DNA of 64,000 nt from a virus, in IMG/VR virus record IMGVR_UViG_3300050015_000167, positions 1 through 64,000 of that record. The stretch is one strand, 5' to 3'. A model generated the notes under the pieces. The model searched no databases. It was not told the DNA's origin and saw nothing but the letters and a program-made list of their open reading frames with translations. A program made the position numbers and the translations under genes. Shown piece after piece: positions 42,537-52,146 of the stretch; the stretch's first letter is position 1; every line of letters begins with the position of its first letter.

Positions 42537-43562
42537 TCACAGGTACGACGGCGCGTGCTGGCGGTAGTCTGCGGTGTGGGCGTGCTGGCTGCGATGAACG
42601 TAAATCATCGTGCTCTGCACGTAGACGTGGCCGAGCTGGTCCTTGATGGTCAGCATGTGGGCTCCCCTGTTTGCCATGTTGGTGGCGAGCGAGTGGCGCA
42701 TCAGGTGTGGCCAGACGCGGCGGTCAATGCCCGCCCGCTTGGCCAGGACTCGCACGATCTTACGCACGTCCTGCGATTGCAGTTGATGGCCGTGGCGCTT
42801 CGTGACGAACAGCAGGTCATCGGGCATCAGGGTCTTTCCCTTGGTAGTCAGTTGAGCCTTTCGCCAAGCGAGGTACTCTTCGAGCAACCCCAGGCACTCT
42901 CCGGTTACGGCGGCGTCCCGTTGCTTGTTGAATTTGCATTCCTCCATGCGGAGGATGCCGTTGGGGATGTCAATGTCACGGATGCGGAGGTTGCAAAGCT
43001 CGTTGTTCCGAATTCCCGAATAGGCCATCGTGGAGATGAGCGCCTTCTCGCGGATGCTTGTCGTCGAGTGCAGGAGGATTGCCACCTCGGCTTCCGTCAA
43101 TGTAACAGGGACGCTGTTGGTTCGCTTCGGTGGCCGCATCAGATCGATGGGGTTGCCGATGTACTCGCAAAAGCGTTCCATCGTGCTGCACATGATCGAA
43201 ATATAGCCGGGGGAGTTCTTGCCGTCCGAGCGCATGAGCGCGATGAACGATTCCAGATCGCCGTGGGAAGGATTGCTCCCGATCAGCGGATGGGCGCGGC
43301 GCAGCACGCCAAGGTAGAGCGCGGCTGTCCGGTTGTTGACTTTGCAGTGAGTGTACAGGTACGTCTCGAAACTACTCAGGAGACGCTTGCATTCTTCGGA
43401 AACAGGGGTAGACTTTTGTTTAGCCATTGTGGCCCGCTCCAACGGGCTGGTGGTCAGAGCCGCCGCTTGACTGCGAATCTTGCGGTGGCTCGATTCCCAC
43501 TCTACCCCAATTGGCAACGTTCCACCACGGTTGATCGTTGCTTCCAGTACCAACATGGTCAT
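42537..43562 (-). CDS. tyrosine recombinase / integrase (XerC/D-like), GC-rich copy
   Basis: AYSGIRNNELCNLR...HLMRHSLATNMANRGAHMLTIKDQLGHVYVQSTMIYVH carries the R...HxxR...Y catalytic pattern. Confidence 0.85.
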   Translation of the reverse strand: MTMLVLEATINRGGTLPIGVEWESSHRKIRSQAAALTTSPLERATMAKQKSTPVSEECKRLLSSFETYLYTHCKVNNRTAALYLGVLRRAHPLIGSNPSHGDLESFIALMRSDGKNSPGYISIMCSTMERFCEYIGNPIDLMRPPKRTNSVPVTLTEAEVAILLHSTTSIREKALISTMAYSGIRNNELCNLRIRDIDIPNGILRMEECKFNKQRDAAVTGECLGLLEEYLAWRKAQLTTKGKTLMPDDLLFVTKRHGHQLQSQDVRKIVRVLAKRAGIDRRVWPHLMRHSLATNMANRGAHMLTIKDQLGHVYVQSTMIYVHRSQHAHTADYRQHAPSYL

Positions 43563-43631
43563 GGGGTACGCCCATGGTCGAAAGTTTAGGCAACGGTCTT
43601 ACTGTTTTACGTTACTTGTAAATAATATTAC

Positions 43632-43688
43632 TTGACAACACAAGAGAATCTGTAGTATTGTAGGATTATGACTACTACAGATTCTCTT
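43632..43688 (+). promoter_or_regulatory. promoter plus 16-bp perfect inverted repeat bracketing the recombinase start
   Basis: TTGACA 43632-43637; 18 bp; TATTGT 43656-43661; 6 nt; ATG 43668. Inverted repeat AAGAGAATCTGTAGTA 43642-43657 / TACTACAGATTCTCTT 43673-43688. Confidence 0.6.
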
Positions 43689-44503
43689 AAATCATTTGAA
43701 ACCTTTCTTTACGTTACTTTAGGATTAGCAGAAACACCACCGATGGTTATACTAATGTTATTAAACGCGCATTACCTTTTATTGGTGATAATTTTACCAT
43801 TGATAATGTAAATCACTATATAATGAATCTTAGGAAAAATAACAAAACCTCTTCGTATATTCAAAATATTTGTGTATCTTTAGAAAGATATGGAGAATTT
43901 ATTGGTATTCCTATTAAATTAGGGCGACCTAAAAAATCAAATCAAATATTAAAATCTCCATTATCTGAAGCTGAAATAACAATAATTATAGAAGCAACTA
44001 AAAATATTAGAGAAAAATCAATTTTATCTCTATTAGCATATTCTGGAATAAGAAATCAAGAATTGTGTTCTTTAAGGATCAGAAATTTAAATTTAGCCCA
44101 ACAATCTGTATTTGTCGAAAATGGAAAAGGACATAAATCTAGGTTAGTTTTTATTTCTGGAAATTGTTGCGAATTATTACAAAAATACTTGCATACCACT
44201 CGTATCGATATTAGTCCAGATGAATTGTTATTTCTAACCTTGCGTAATAATTTACCATTAGAACCACAGGATTTGCGTAAAATAATCAAAACTGTTGCAA
44301 AAAGAACTAAAATCACCAAAAGGATTCATCCTCATCTTTTTCGTCATAGTTTAGCAACAAACATGCTTAATAGAGGAGCAAATCTTATGACTATTAAAGA
44401 ACAATTAGGACATAAGTATATTGAAACTACAATGATTTATATTCATAGTACCCAACAAAGAGTCCAGGCAGAATATCGCATGTTTACACCAAGTTACATG
44501 TAA
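43668..44503 (+). pseudogene. AT-rich paralog of the tyrosine recombinase, needing a -1 frameshift near 43725-43740
   Basis: 43668-43811 (MTTTDSLKSFETFLY...) and the frame of 43823..44503 align consecutively with the GC-rich copy. C-part HLFRHSLATNMLNRGANLMTIKEQLGHKYIETTMIYIH is intact. Confidence 0.6.
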
Positions 44504-44569
44504 ACATAAATAAGGAAATATATCAACCTTCGGTCATACCAAAGGTTATTACGCAAACAAAGTAACACC

Positions 44570-44577
44570 CTAAATAC
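44570..44577 (+). promoter_or_regulatory. CTAAATAC motif upstream of the glycosyltransferase gene
   Basis: ACACCCTAAATAC, 8 nt before ATG 44586. Confidence 0.25.
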
Positions 44578-44585
44578 TAGTACCA

Positions 44586-45662
44586 ATGAAACCAAACAAA
44601 CTTAAAATTCTTACAGTTTTTAAAAATCCTCAAATCGATGAACCAACAGCATGTCACCAAGGATTAGGTGTCACTGCTACACGATTAACTTTAGCTTTCA
44701 AATCTTTAGGTTTAGATGCTGATTGTTTTCCTGTTAAAAATGGAGAATACTTGTGGCAAAAATTATCTACAGATTGGAAAGAATATAATCATGTAATTTT
44801 ATGTGCACCTTTTATTGATGCAACCTTTCTTAAAAAACTATTTTCCTTTTTTAAAAATAAAAAATTTGCTTTGATATATCATTCTAATTTAGGATTTTTA
44901 ACTCAAGATAGATTTGCTGTATTATCCCTTGGTTTATATTTTGAATTAGAAGAATCTTGTCCTAATTTTAGAATAGCTACTAATTGTTTGGAATTTTCTA
45001 AAAGTATCGAACAAGCAACGGGTAAAAAATTTTTATATTTACCTAATTTATTTCCTCTTCCTAATAAAATGCCCTCAAAACATTTTATTTGGACACACAA
45101 ACATACATTAAATATTGGATTATTTGGGGCGGCCCGCATTTTGAAAAATTGGTTAACTGCTGGTGTGGCTACCATGATAATTTCAAAAACATTACAAGCG
45201 GAAACATTTTTACATATTAATACGTCTAGAGATGAAAATGCAGGTAATCTGAGAGAAAATTTAAGAAGTTTAATAGATTTAAATCCTCATGTGCATATTA
45301 TTGAAGTTCCTTGGTTAGGACATGAAAAATTTCTAGAATATTTACCAAAATTAGATTTATTGATGCAACCAAGTTTTACAGAGACATTTAATAATGTTAC
45401 CGCTGAAGGTGTTTCTTGTACTGTTCCTAGTGTTGTTTCCGATGCTATTGTATGGGCTCCTGAAAATTGGAAAGCTAGATCAGATAGTGCTACTGATGTT
45501 GCACGAGTAGGATTAAACTTACTTCATGATTCTGATTCTTACAAAAATGGTTGGAAAAAACTCAAAGATTATAATGAAAAAGCTATTGAGGAATGGTTTA
45601 AATGGTTTGAAATTAAAAAAGATTGTAATTTTTGGAATAAATTAACAGGTTGGTTATCCTAA
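44586..45662 (+). CDS. GT-B fold glycosyltransferase (GT1/GT4-like)
   Basis: LLMQPSFTETFNNVTAEGVSCTVPSVVSD matches the PS..E.fg....EA...G.PvV region of GT-B enzymes. Confidence 0.55.
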   Translation: MKPNKLKILTVFKNPQIDEPTACHQGLGVTATRLTLAFKSLGLDADCFPVKNGEYLWQKLSTDWKEYNHVILCAPFIDATFLKKLFSFFKNKKFALIYHSNLGFLTQDRFAVLSLGLYFELEESCPNFRIATNCLEFSKSIEQATGKKFLYLPNLFPLPNKMPSKHFIWTHKHTLNIGLFGAARILKNWLTAGVATMIISKTLQAETFLHINTSRDENAGNLRENLRSLIDLNPHVHIIEVPWLGHEKFLEYLPKLDLLMQPSFTETFNNVTAEGVSCTVPSVVSDAIVWAPENWKARSDSATDVARVGLNLLHDSDSYKNGWKKLKDYNEKAIEEWFKWFEIKKDCNFWNKLTGWLS

Positions 45663-45666
45663 TTTC

Positions 45667-46257
45667 ATGAGCCAAATCTTTACAAATGAATCACAGAACC
45701 TCGGAGCCTTTAATAGGCAACAAAAGAATGTAAATCCTCTTCTACCGAATAAATTTACATTTTTCTTGACTAAATTACCAGAATTGTCTATGGCAGCTAA
45801 AAGTTCTAATATTCCTGGTATTTCATTACCAAGTTTTAAACAAGTCACCAGTTTGAACCCTATTCCACGTAGTGGATTAAATCTAACATTTGAAGCATTA
45901 GAAATCACATTTATTGTAGATGAAGACCTTAATAATTGGTCCGAATTAGCCAATTGGATGCGATTGATGGCCATGGTAAAAACTGGTACAGATTACAGTG
46001 AAGTTAAAATTGAACAATTACAACCTGGTCCGGAAGGTGGTTTAGTATCAGATGCTCAATTGGTAATTTTAACAAATGAATCTGTACCTAATATTGTGTT
46101 TTTCTTTAGGGATGCATTTCCAGTATATTTGAGTGAATTACGTTTAACTAACGATACTTCTACTCCAGTACCTTTAGAAGCAACCGTACGTTTCGAATAT
46201 ACTTACTATGATTTTTCTTCAATTAATCCAGAATTGGAACCTGATAATAACGTCTAA
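45667..46257 (+). CDS. gp19-family tail tube-associated protein, g3-like by position
   Basis: NKFTFFLTKLP...SSNIPGISLP parallels PNLFQIVLRFP...SSSIPADKI of the tube gene. Sits before uvsY, as g3 does in marine T4-like phages. Confidence 0.5.
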   Translation: MSQIFTNESQNLGAFNRQQKNVNPLLPNKFTFFLTKLPELSMAAKSSNIPGISLPSFKQVTSLNPIPRSGLNLTFEALEITFIVDEDLNNWSELANWMRLMAMVKTGTDYSEVKIEQLQPGPEGGLVSDAQLVILTNESVPNIVFFFRDAFPVYLSELRLTNDTSTPVPLEATVRFEYTYYDFSSINPELEPDNNV

Positions 46258-46284
46258 AGGCTATATTATGGAAAGGATTTTACA

Positions 46285-46713
46285 GTGACATTACAGGAAT
46301 TACAAGATAAAGTAAAAAAAGATTTGAAAATCCAACATGATGAATTGGTTTATGAAGCAGTAAGAACTCCGGATATACATCATGAATATAATCGAATGTT
46401 AATGACCGAAAAATTAGCATTAAAGAAATTAGAACGCGATTGGGATATTCTTTATCTCAAGCAATGGGAATATTATAGAAAAAAAGCTGATCCGGAAATC
46501 TATGAGAAGAAACCATTACTCAAAAAGATTATGGATACAGATGTCAAACTTTATCTTGCTGCGGATGAAGACTTATTGAATTTACGAGCGCATATGGATA
46601 GTAAGGAAGAACTTATTGATTTCCTAAAACGCACTATGGACCAAGTGGCACAAAGGACTTGGTTAATTAAAAACTCTGTGGATTATATGAGGTATTTAGG
46701 CGGAGAAAAGTAA
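46285..46713 (+). CDS. uvsY: recombination mediator UvsY
   Basis: 142 aa. MTLQELQDKVKKDLKI...YEA parallels T4 UvsY MRLEDLQEELKKDVFI...YEA. GTG start after GGAAAGGA. Confidence 0.6.
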   Translation: MTLQELQDKVKKDLKIQHDELVYEAVRTPDIHHEYNRMLMTEKLALKKLERDWDILYLKQWEYYRKKADPEIYEKKPLLKKIMDTDVKLYLAADEDLLNLRAHMDSKEELIDFLKRTMDQVAQRTWLIKNSVDYMRYLGGEK

Positions 46714-46726
46714 AACTTTTCAAATA

Positions 46727-46734
46727 CATAAATA
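46727..46734 (+). promoter_or_regulatory. late-promoter-like motif CATAAATA
   Basis: 22 nt before ATG 46756. Confidence 0.3.
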
Positions 46735-46755
46735 TGGTTTACAGGAGATCGGATA

Positions 46756-47112
46756 ATGATAGAACCAACATGTTACGATATTACCATACCAAAAGGTGCT
46801 ACCTACGATCAAACTTTCACATGGAAGGATGATTCGGGTAATATTTACGATTTAAGTTCATATACAGCAAGGATGCAAATCCGAGTTGCTATTAATGCAC
46901 CAGATCCTGCTGTAATTAATCTTACAACAGAAAATGGTGGTATTACCTTATCTGGAACAAATCCTAATATTTCTTTGTATATCAGTGATACAGATACTTC
47001 CGCAATTAAAATTTCGTCTGGATTTTATGATTTAGAACTTAAAGAACCAGATAATATCGTTATTCGTTTATTACAAGGAAAAGTTAAATTTTCTCCAGAG
47101 GTTACCAGATAA
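46756..47112 (+). CDS. hypothetical beta-rich protein (118 aa)
   Basis: AGGAG SD; ATGA-type coupling to the next fibre gene. Confidence 0.6.
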   Translation: MIEPTCYDITIPKGATYDQTFTWKDDSGNIYDLSSYTARMQIRVAINAPDPAVINLTTENGGITLSGTNPNISLYISDTDTSAIKISSGFYDLELKEPDNIVIRLLQGKVKFSPEVTR

Positions 47113-47804
47113 TGAGTTTATCTACAAATTTACAAAAAAATGTTATTGAAGTTCTTAAACCCATTCGTGTTGATTTGGTAGAAGTTGCTGTAAACGGACC
47201 TCAAGGACCAAAAGGACCTACAGGTTATACAGGATATACAGGATTCACTGGTCCTGGTAACTTTACTGGTTATACTGGTTATACAGGACCATTAGGACCT
47301 ATTGGACCTACAGGATATACTGGTTATACTGGACCGGGTAACTTTACTGGATATACAGGACCCACTGGTTATACAGGTTTCACTGGGCCGGCAGCGTCAT
47401 TAACAACCTCTACCGGAACATTAGGTGCTGATGTCACTATGACTACTGCGGGTACAGCATATGATGGACCTACAACTTCAGCACTTGCAACAGGAACATG
47501 GTTAATAATATCGCATGTAACTATAGATACTGCCGCAACTAATAGTTCACAAAATTTGACAGCTAAATTATGGAATGGAACTACTGTAATAGCTTCATGT
47601 GAAATGTCTACTCCTTCTGTTTCGGCACCTAATGATGTTGGTTATAGTACGATTACATTAGCTGGTATTGCAACTACTAATAATGATACCTGGCGAATAA
47701 CTTGTTTTACAACAAAAGCAAATTCTGTAATATTGCGAAACCCTGCTAATAGTAGTCCCGGTGCAAATAATGCAAGTCAAATTATAGCCGTTAAAATAGG
47801 GTAA
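47112..47804 (+). CDS. collagen-like (G-X-T) fibre protein C with about 135-aa globular C-domain
   Basis: [28 protein letters not shown]... about 47196-47390; 2 GNFTG interruptions. Confidence 0.8.
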   Translation: MSLSTNLQKNVIEVLKPIRVDLVEVAVNGPQGPKGPTGYTGYTGFTGPGNFTGYTGYTGPLGPIGPTGYTGYTGPGNFTGYTGPTGYTGFTGPAASLTTSTGTLGADVTMTTAGTAYDGPTTSALATGTWLIISHVTIDTAATNSSQNLTAKLWNGTTVIASCEMSTPSVSAPNDVGYSTITLAGIATTNNDTWRITCFTTKANSVILRNPANSSPGANNASQIIAVKIG

Positions 47805-47822
47805 ATATTCAAAGTTTACGCT

Positions 47823-47830
47823 CATAAATA
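47823..47830 (+). promoter_or_regulatory. late-promoter-like motif CATAAATA
   Basis: 14 nt before ATG 47844. Confidence 0.3.
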
Positions 47831-47843
47831 GATATAGAACATT

Positions 47844-49607
47844 ATGAGCGTAAACTTTTCAGTAGTTTTGATTTGCCGCAATGAGGCAAAAACACTTCCC
47901 CGTCTGTTAAAATCTTTGGAAGAATTTCAAAAGAAAGATGGAGAAGTTATCTTACTTGACACCGGTTCAACTGATAATACACCATCTATCGCAAGATCTC
48001 TTGGATGTAAAGTTACTGAAGTAGGTGAACGATTCCTAACAACAATTGATGAAGACTTGGCAGAAAAGATTAATACCAGGTTTGTAATCGAGAATGAACA
48101 ACCTATAGTCAAAGTAGGTGATAAACTCTTTGATTATTCCTCTGCCCGTAACTTTGCTGCCACTCTTTCCTCTAATGACATGTGTGCTATGCCTGATTGT
48201 GATGAGGCTTATACCATGTTAAACATTGATGCTATACAAAAAGTCATTGAACAAGGATGCGAACAATTAGAATATCATTTTGTGTTCTCTCATTATCCTG
48301 ATGGTTCACCAGCTATTCAATTTATGCATTCCAAGTTTTATAATCGCACCAAAATGAAGTGGGTTGGCGTAGTACATGAAGTACTTTCTGGTGACGCAAA
48401 ACGGATGTACCTTGACACTTCTATCATCAAATTAGAACATTGGCAAGAACCATCAGAGCACCGCTCTCGATATCTGACTGGATTAGCTCTGGATTGCTAT
48501 TTGAACCAAGAAAATGACAGAAATTCACATTATTTGGGTCGTGAGCTAGTTTGGACAGGTAGACACAAGTCCGGCATCAAAGAATTACAAAGGCACGTAG
48601 AAATGCGTAAATTTCCTATGGAACGCGCACAATCTATGATTTTCATTGGTGATGCTTATGAAATGCTTGGAGATGAGCAAAATGCTCTAAAATGGTACAA
48701 TCAGTCATTTTTAGATGATGGTACTCGTAGAGAACCACTTTTACGCATGGCACAACACTTTTGGAAGAAAAATGATGCTTTGAAAGTAGCATGTTATTGT
48801 GCGGCAGCAATGGAAATTGGTGAAGTCAGTTTCTATGCTAATTATGCCGCTCATTATACCTTTGAACCTCATGAATTGATGTACTGGGCAAAATGGTATC
48901 TTGGAGATAAAGAAGAATCTAAATTACATTGGGAAAAATGTCTTGCTTATACTCCTCTTTCTCCTAAATATTTACATGATGCCCGTTTCTATATTAAACT
49001 ACCCAAGGTGTCTATTGTAATTCCTACTCTCGGAAGAGAAGAAAAATTACAACGTTGTATTGATGCTATCAAGAAAAATGCTAATTATCCTGAAGAAGCC
49101 TATGAAATCATCGTTGAACATGATTCCTTTGAGACCAGACAAGGGGTTCCAAAGACTTTGAAGGCTGGAGTAGATAAAAGTACCGGTGAATTAGTCATGT
49201 TTCTTGGAAATGACTGTATTCCAGAAGAAAACTTCTTAATTCTTGCTGTATTGAGAATGTTAAAAGAATTCCCACGTTGTGGTGGTTTAATCGGTCTAAA
49301 TGACGGTCCTACCAATCAAACTGTAGCAAAACACTGGTTAGCCTCAAAAAACCTATTGAAACATTTGGATGGAGAATTTTTCTGTACCTTATATCATCAT
49401 GTCGGTTGCGATAATGAATTGACGGGACGGTGTCTGAAAATGTCTAAATATTATTGGTGTGAAGAGGCAAAGGTAAAACACGATCATTTTGTCAGTGGTG
49501 CTGAGTTTGATGATGTATATAAACTTGGATGGAATGAAAAGTGTGTTGCCGAGGACAGGAAACTCCTTGCTGAACGTGCCAAATTGTTAGACTTTGAGAT
49601 ATTATAA
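47844..49607 (+). CDS. double GT2 glycosyltransferase with central TPR-like region
   Basis: FSVVLICRNEAKTLPRLL...ILLDTGSTDNT at the N-terminus; VSIVIPTLGREEKLQRCIDAI...IIVEHDS at the C-terminus. Confidence 0.7.
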   Translation: MSVNFSVVLICRNEAKTLPRLLKSLEEFQKKDGEVILLDTGSTDNTPSIARSLGCKVTEVGERFLTTIDEDLAEKINTRFVIENEQPIVKVGDKLFDYSSARNFAATLSSNDMCAMPDCDEAYTMLNIDAIQKVIEQGCEQLEYHFVFSHYPDGSPAIQFMHSKFYNRTKMKWVGVVHEVLSGDAKRMYLDTSIIKLEHWQEPSEHRSRYLTGLALDCYLNQENDRNSHYLGRELVWTGRHKSGIKELQRHVEMRKFPMERAQSMIFIGDAYEMLGDEQNALKWYNQSFLDDGTRREPLLRMAQHFWKKNDALKVACYCAAAMEIGEVSFYANYAAHYTFEPHELMYWAKWYLGDKEESKLHWEKCLAYTPLSPKYLHDARFYIKLPKVSIVIPTLGREEKLQRCIDAIKKNANYPEEAYEIIVEHDSFETRQGVPKTLKAGVDKSTGELVMFLGNDCIPEENFLILAVLRMLKEFPRCGGLIGLNDGPTNQTVAKHWLASKNLLKHLDGEFFCTLYHHVGCDNELTGRCLKMSKYYWCEEAKVKHDHFVSGAEFDDVYKLGWNEKCVAEDRKLLAERAKLLDFEIL

Positions 49608-49997
49608 ATGATGGAACAAATTATATTACCAGAGCATGGACATCCAGATTACAATAAAATCTACGCTAAACTTTGGAGATTAAATAATCCAAATTATAAC
49701 AAAGATTATCATTCAAAAAAGAAAATAGAACATAATGATAAAATTTTTGAATGTAGATGGAAGGGACGTGGAATAAAAGATTTTGATTATGAACGATATT
49801 TGGTCCTTTTAAAGAAACAAAAAGGAAAATGTAAGATCTGTAAGTGTGTTCTTAATCCACCATATGTAGATCATAACCATAATACAGGAAAAGTTCGAGG
49901 ATTACTGTGTCGTGGATGTAATGTGGCCTTGGGTACTTTCCAAGATAGTATAAAAATACTTAAAAATGCGGTAAAATATCTAGAAAACTCCAAATGA
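49608..49997 (+). CDS. endonuclease VII-type HNH endonuclease; paralog of 11543..11902
   Basis: CKICKC...VDHNHNTGKVRGLLCRGCNVALGTF. Confidence 0.8.
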   Translation: MMEQIILPEHGHPDYNKIYAKLWRLNNPNYNKDYHSKKKIEHNDKIFECRWKGRGIKDFDYERYLVLLKKQKGKCKICKCVLNPPYVDHNHNTGKVRGLLCRGCNVALGTFQDSIKILKNAVKYLENSK

Positions 49998-51532
49998 TAC
50001 CAGAAACACTAAAAGAAAAAACTATTTACGTTCGTAAGAAAAATGAGACCTACTTGGAAGTCTTAGCCGTAGATTCTATATTATCCAGTCTTAGCGATTT
50101 CTTTAGTTTTTTTGTTCCTGGATATAAATTCATGCCCAAATTTCGCATGAAAATGTGGGATGGAAAATTAAGATTATTTAACAAAAATAATGGAGAACTA
50201 TACGTCGGTCTCCTTCCTCACATCAAAGCCTATAGTAGTATGCATGAATACCAAATTGTATATACGTGTGGTGATCTTGATATTGAGGAAGAATTTTCTG
50301 TTTCGGAAGCTGAAGAATTTGCCAGTAAGCTTAAATTGCACGCTAAACGTAGAGAAGGGGACAAAGAGGTCTTTAAACCAATTATTCCTCACGATTATCA
50401 AATAGCGGCATTTCGTCATGCAGTACAAACCAAAAGATGCTTACTACTTTCTCCTACTGCTAGTGGTAAGTCATTGATTATTTATCTTCTGATTAGATAT
50501 TATCAAGAAATAGTCAAAGGCAAGATTTTAATTATTGTTCCCACAGTAAATCTCGTTAGTCAGTTATATTCTGACTTCGGAGAGTACTCCTATGACGATA
50601 CATGGGATGTTCGCAATGAAGCCCATATGGTTTATCAAGGACAAGATAAAGGATCTGAAAAACAGGTTATTATTTCTACTTGGGAATCAATATACAAATT
50701 AGGAATTGGATACTTTGAACAATTTGATGTTGTAATTGGTGATGAAGCTCACGGATTCAAAGCCAATTCTCTAACATCAATCATGCAGAAATCTTATAAA
50801 GCTGCATATCGGTTCGGAACAACTGGTACATTAGATGGCACTAAAACACACAAATTAGTCCTTGAAGGATTATTTGGTAAAGTTTATAAAGTTACGACAA
50901 CAAAAGAATTACAAGAGCAAGGTACATTAGCAAAAATGTTAATAACTTGTCTAATGTTACATTATCCTGAGGATGTATGTAAGAAAATGAAAGGTGCCAA
51001 GTATCAAGATGAAGTATCTTTCATCGTTGAACATGAAGGTAGAAATAAATTTTTACGTAATCTTACATTATCATTGAAGGGTAATACACTCGTTCTCTTC
51101 AATCTTGTAGAACGACATGGAAAATTATTATATGAGGATATTAGAGACCACGCACATAATGAAAGAAAAGTTTTCTTTATTTCAGGTAAAGTTGATGCTG
51201 AAGACCGAGAAACTTTTAGAAAAATTATGGAATCCCAGACTGATGCTATCATTGTTGCCTCTTATGGTACTTTCTCAACTGGTGTTAATATTCGGAATCT
51301 ACACAACGTTGTTCTTGCTTCTCCTTCAAAAAGCCGTATTCGCGTGCTACAGAGTTTGGGTAGGGGATTGCGAAAGGGAGAAACCAAAGACACATTGAAT
51401 TTATATGATGTGTCTGATATCCTTCAATATAAGGCACACAAGAATCATACTTTGAAACATTTTATGAAACGGATTGAGATATATAATAGTGAGAAGTTTG
51501 ATTTTAATATTTTCAAAGTAAGGTTGAAATAA
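49994..51532 (+). CDS. uvsW: UvsW helicase
   Basis: FFSFFVPGYKFMPKFRMKMWDGKLRLF, LLSPTASGKSL, VIGDEAH, VASYGTFSTGVNIRNLH and LQSLGRGLR run parallel to T4 UvsW along the whole length. Confidence 0.85.
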   Translation: MIPETLKEKTIYVRKKNETYLEVLAVDSILSSLSDFFSFFVPGYKFMPKFRMKMWDGKLRLFNKNNGELYVGLLPHIKAYSSMHEYQIVYTCGDLDIEEEFSVSEAEEFASKLKLHAKRREGDKEVFKPIIPHDYQIAAFRHAVQTKRCLLLSPTASGKSLIIYLLIRYYQEIVKGKILIIVPTVNLVSQLYSDFGEYSYDDTWDVRNEAHMVYQGQDKGSEKQVIISTWESIYKLGIGYFEQFDVVIGDEAHGFKANSLTSIMQKSYKAAYRFGTTGTLDGTKTHKLVLEGLFGKVYKVTTTKELQEQGTLAKMLITCLMLHYPEDVCKKMKGAKYQDEVSFIVEHEGRNKFLRNLTLSLKGNTLVLFNLVERHGKLLYEDIRDHAHNERKVFFISGKVDAEDRETFRKIMESQTDAIIVASYGTFSTGVNIRNLHNVVLASPSKSRIRVLQSLGRGLRKGETKDTLNLYDVSDILQYKAHKNHTLKHFMKRIEIYNSEKFDFNIFKVRLK

Positions 51533-51957
51533 TGCCAGAAGAATATGAACCAGTACCAGAAAATACCACTGCCACAATAGAACCAATTTTTACTGAAGAT
51601 GAATTAATGAACCTTCGTTCCATTAAATTGATGAATGGTGATAATATATTGGCTTGTATTTTGGCTATAGATGAAAACAAACTTATTATTAAACGGCCAT
51701 GCCAAAAAATAGTTTTTATGGGAGAAGATAATTCTACTAAACTGTTACTAACAAAATGGCAATCACATGCTCTGAATGAAAATCACACGATCATGGCACA
51801 TGCCATTGTAGGTTATTGTATGGTTACTTTGGATATGATTGAATTCTATATTAAGAGTGTTCAACAACAGATCATTGATGAGTGCAAACAGAAAGAACCG
51901 GTTTCACCGTTCCCATCATGGATGGATTTACCTCTCAATAAGAGCCAAATCAACTAA
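51532..51957 (+). CDS. hypothetical protein (141 aa)
   Basis: ATGA-type coupling to uvsW. Confidence 0.55.
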   Translation: MPEEYEPVPENTTATIEPIFTEDELMNLRSIKLMNGDNILACILAIDENKLIIKRPCQKIVFMGEDNSTKLLLTKWQSHALNENHTIMAHAIVGYCMVTLDMIEFYIKSVQQQIIDECKQKEPVSPFPSWMDLPLNKSQIN

Positions 51958-52089
51958 TTTCTCTATAGGTACCTCTAAGTACTTACCATACCATAATCAT
52001 AGGCTACACACTCAGTATAGCAAATGTCAAGGGGGAAGTCAAGGGTTTTTTGAAAATAAATTAAACTTTGTTGGAACTTCATTATTTTG

Positions 52090-52118
52090 TTGCGTTTAGG
52101 CTTTGACTATGCTATAAT
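52090..52118 (+). promoter_or_regulatory. sigma70-like promoter
   Basis: TTGCGT 52090-52095; 17 bp; TATAAT 52113-52118; about 28-nt leader with GAGAGG before TTG 52147. Confidence 0.5.
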
Positions 52119-52146
52119 GGTATTAGAGTAAAATTGAGAGGGATGA

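Larger units (their letters stand above)
40285..43600. other. GC-rich island inside the AT-rich backbone
   Basis: Abrupt change of base composition and codon style at both ends. Carries the mosaic gene 3' part, an LRR gene, an exported protein and a tyrosine recombinase. Confidence 0.7.

Noticed and set aside
42477-43589. 370-aa plus-strand ORF
   Set aside because: It is exactly antisense to the tyrosine recombinase gene, which has the catalytic motifs. This is a typical GC-rich shadow ORF.
40300-43616. 8-bp inverted match GTAACGTA (about 40300) / TACGTTAC (about 43609) at the two island borders, considered as recombination sites
   Set aside because: It is too short to distinguish from chance, and I found no longer direct or inverted repeats at the borders.
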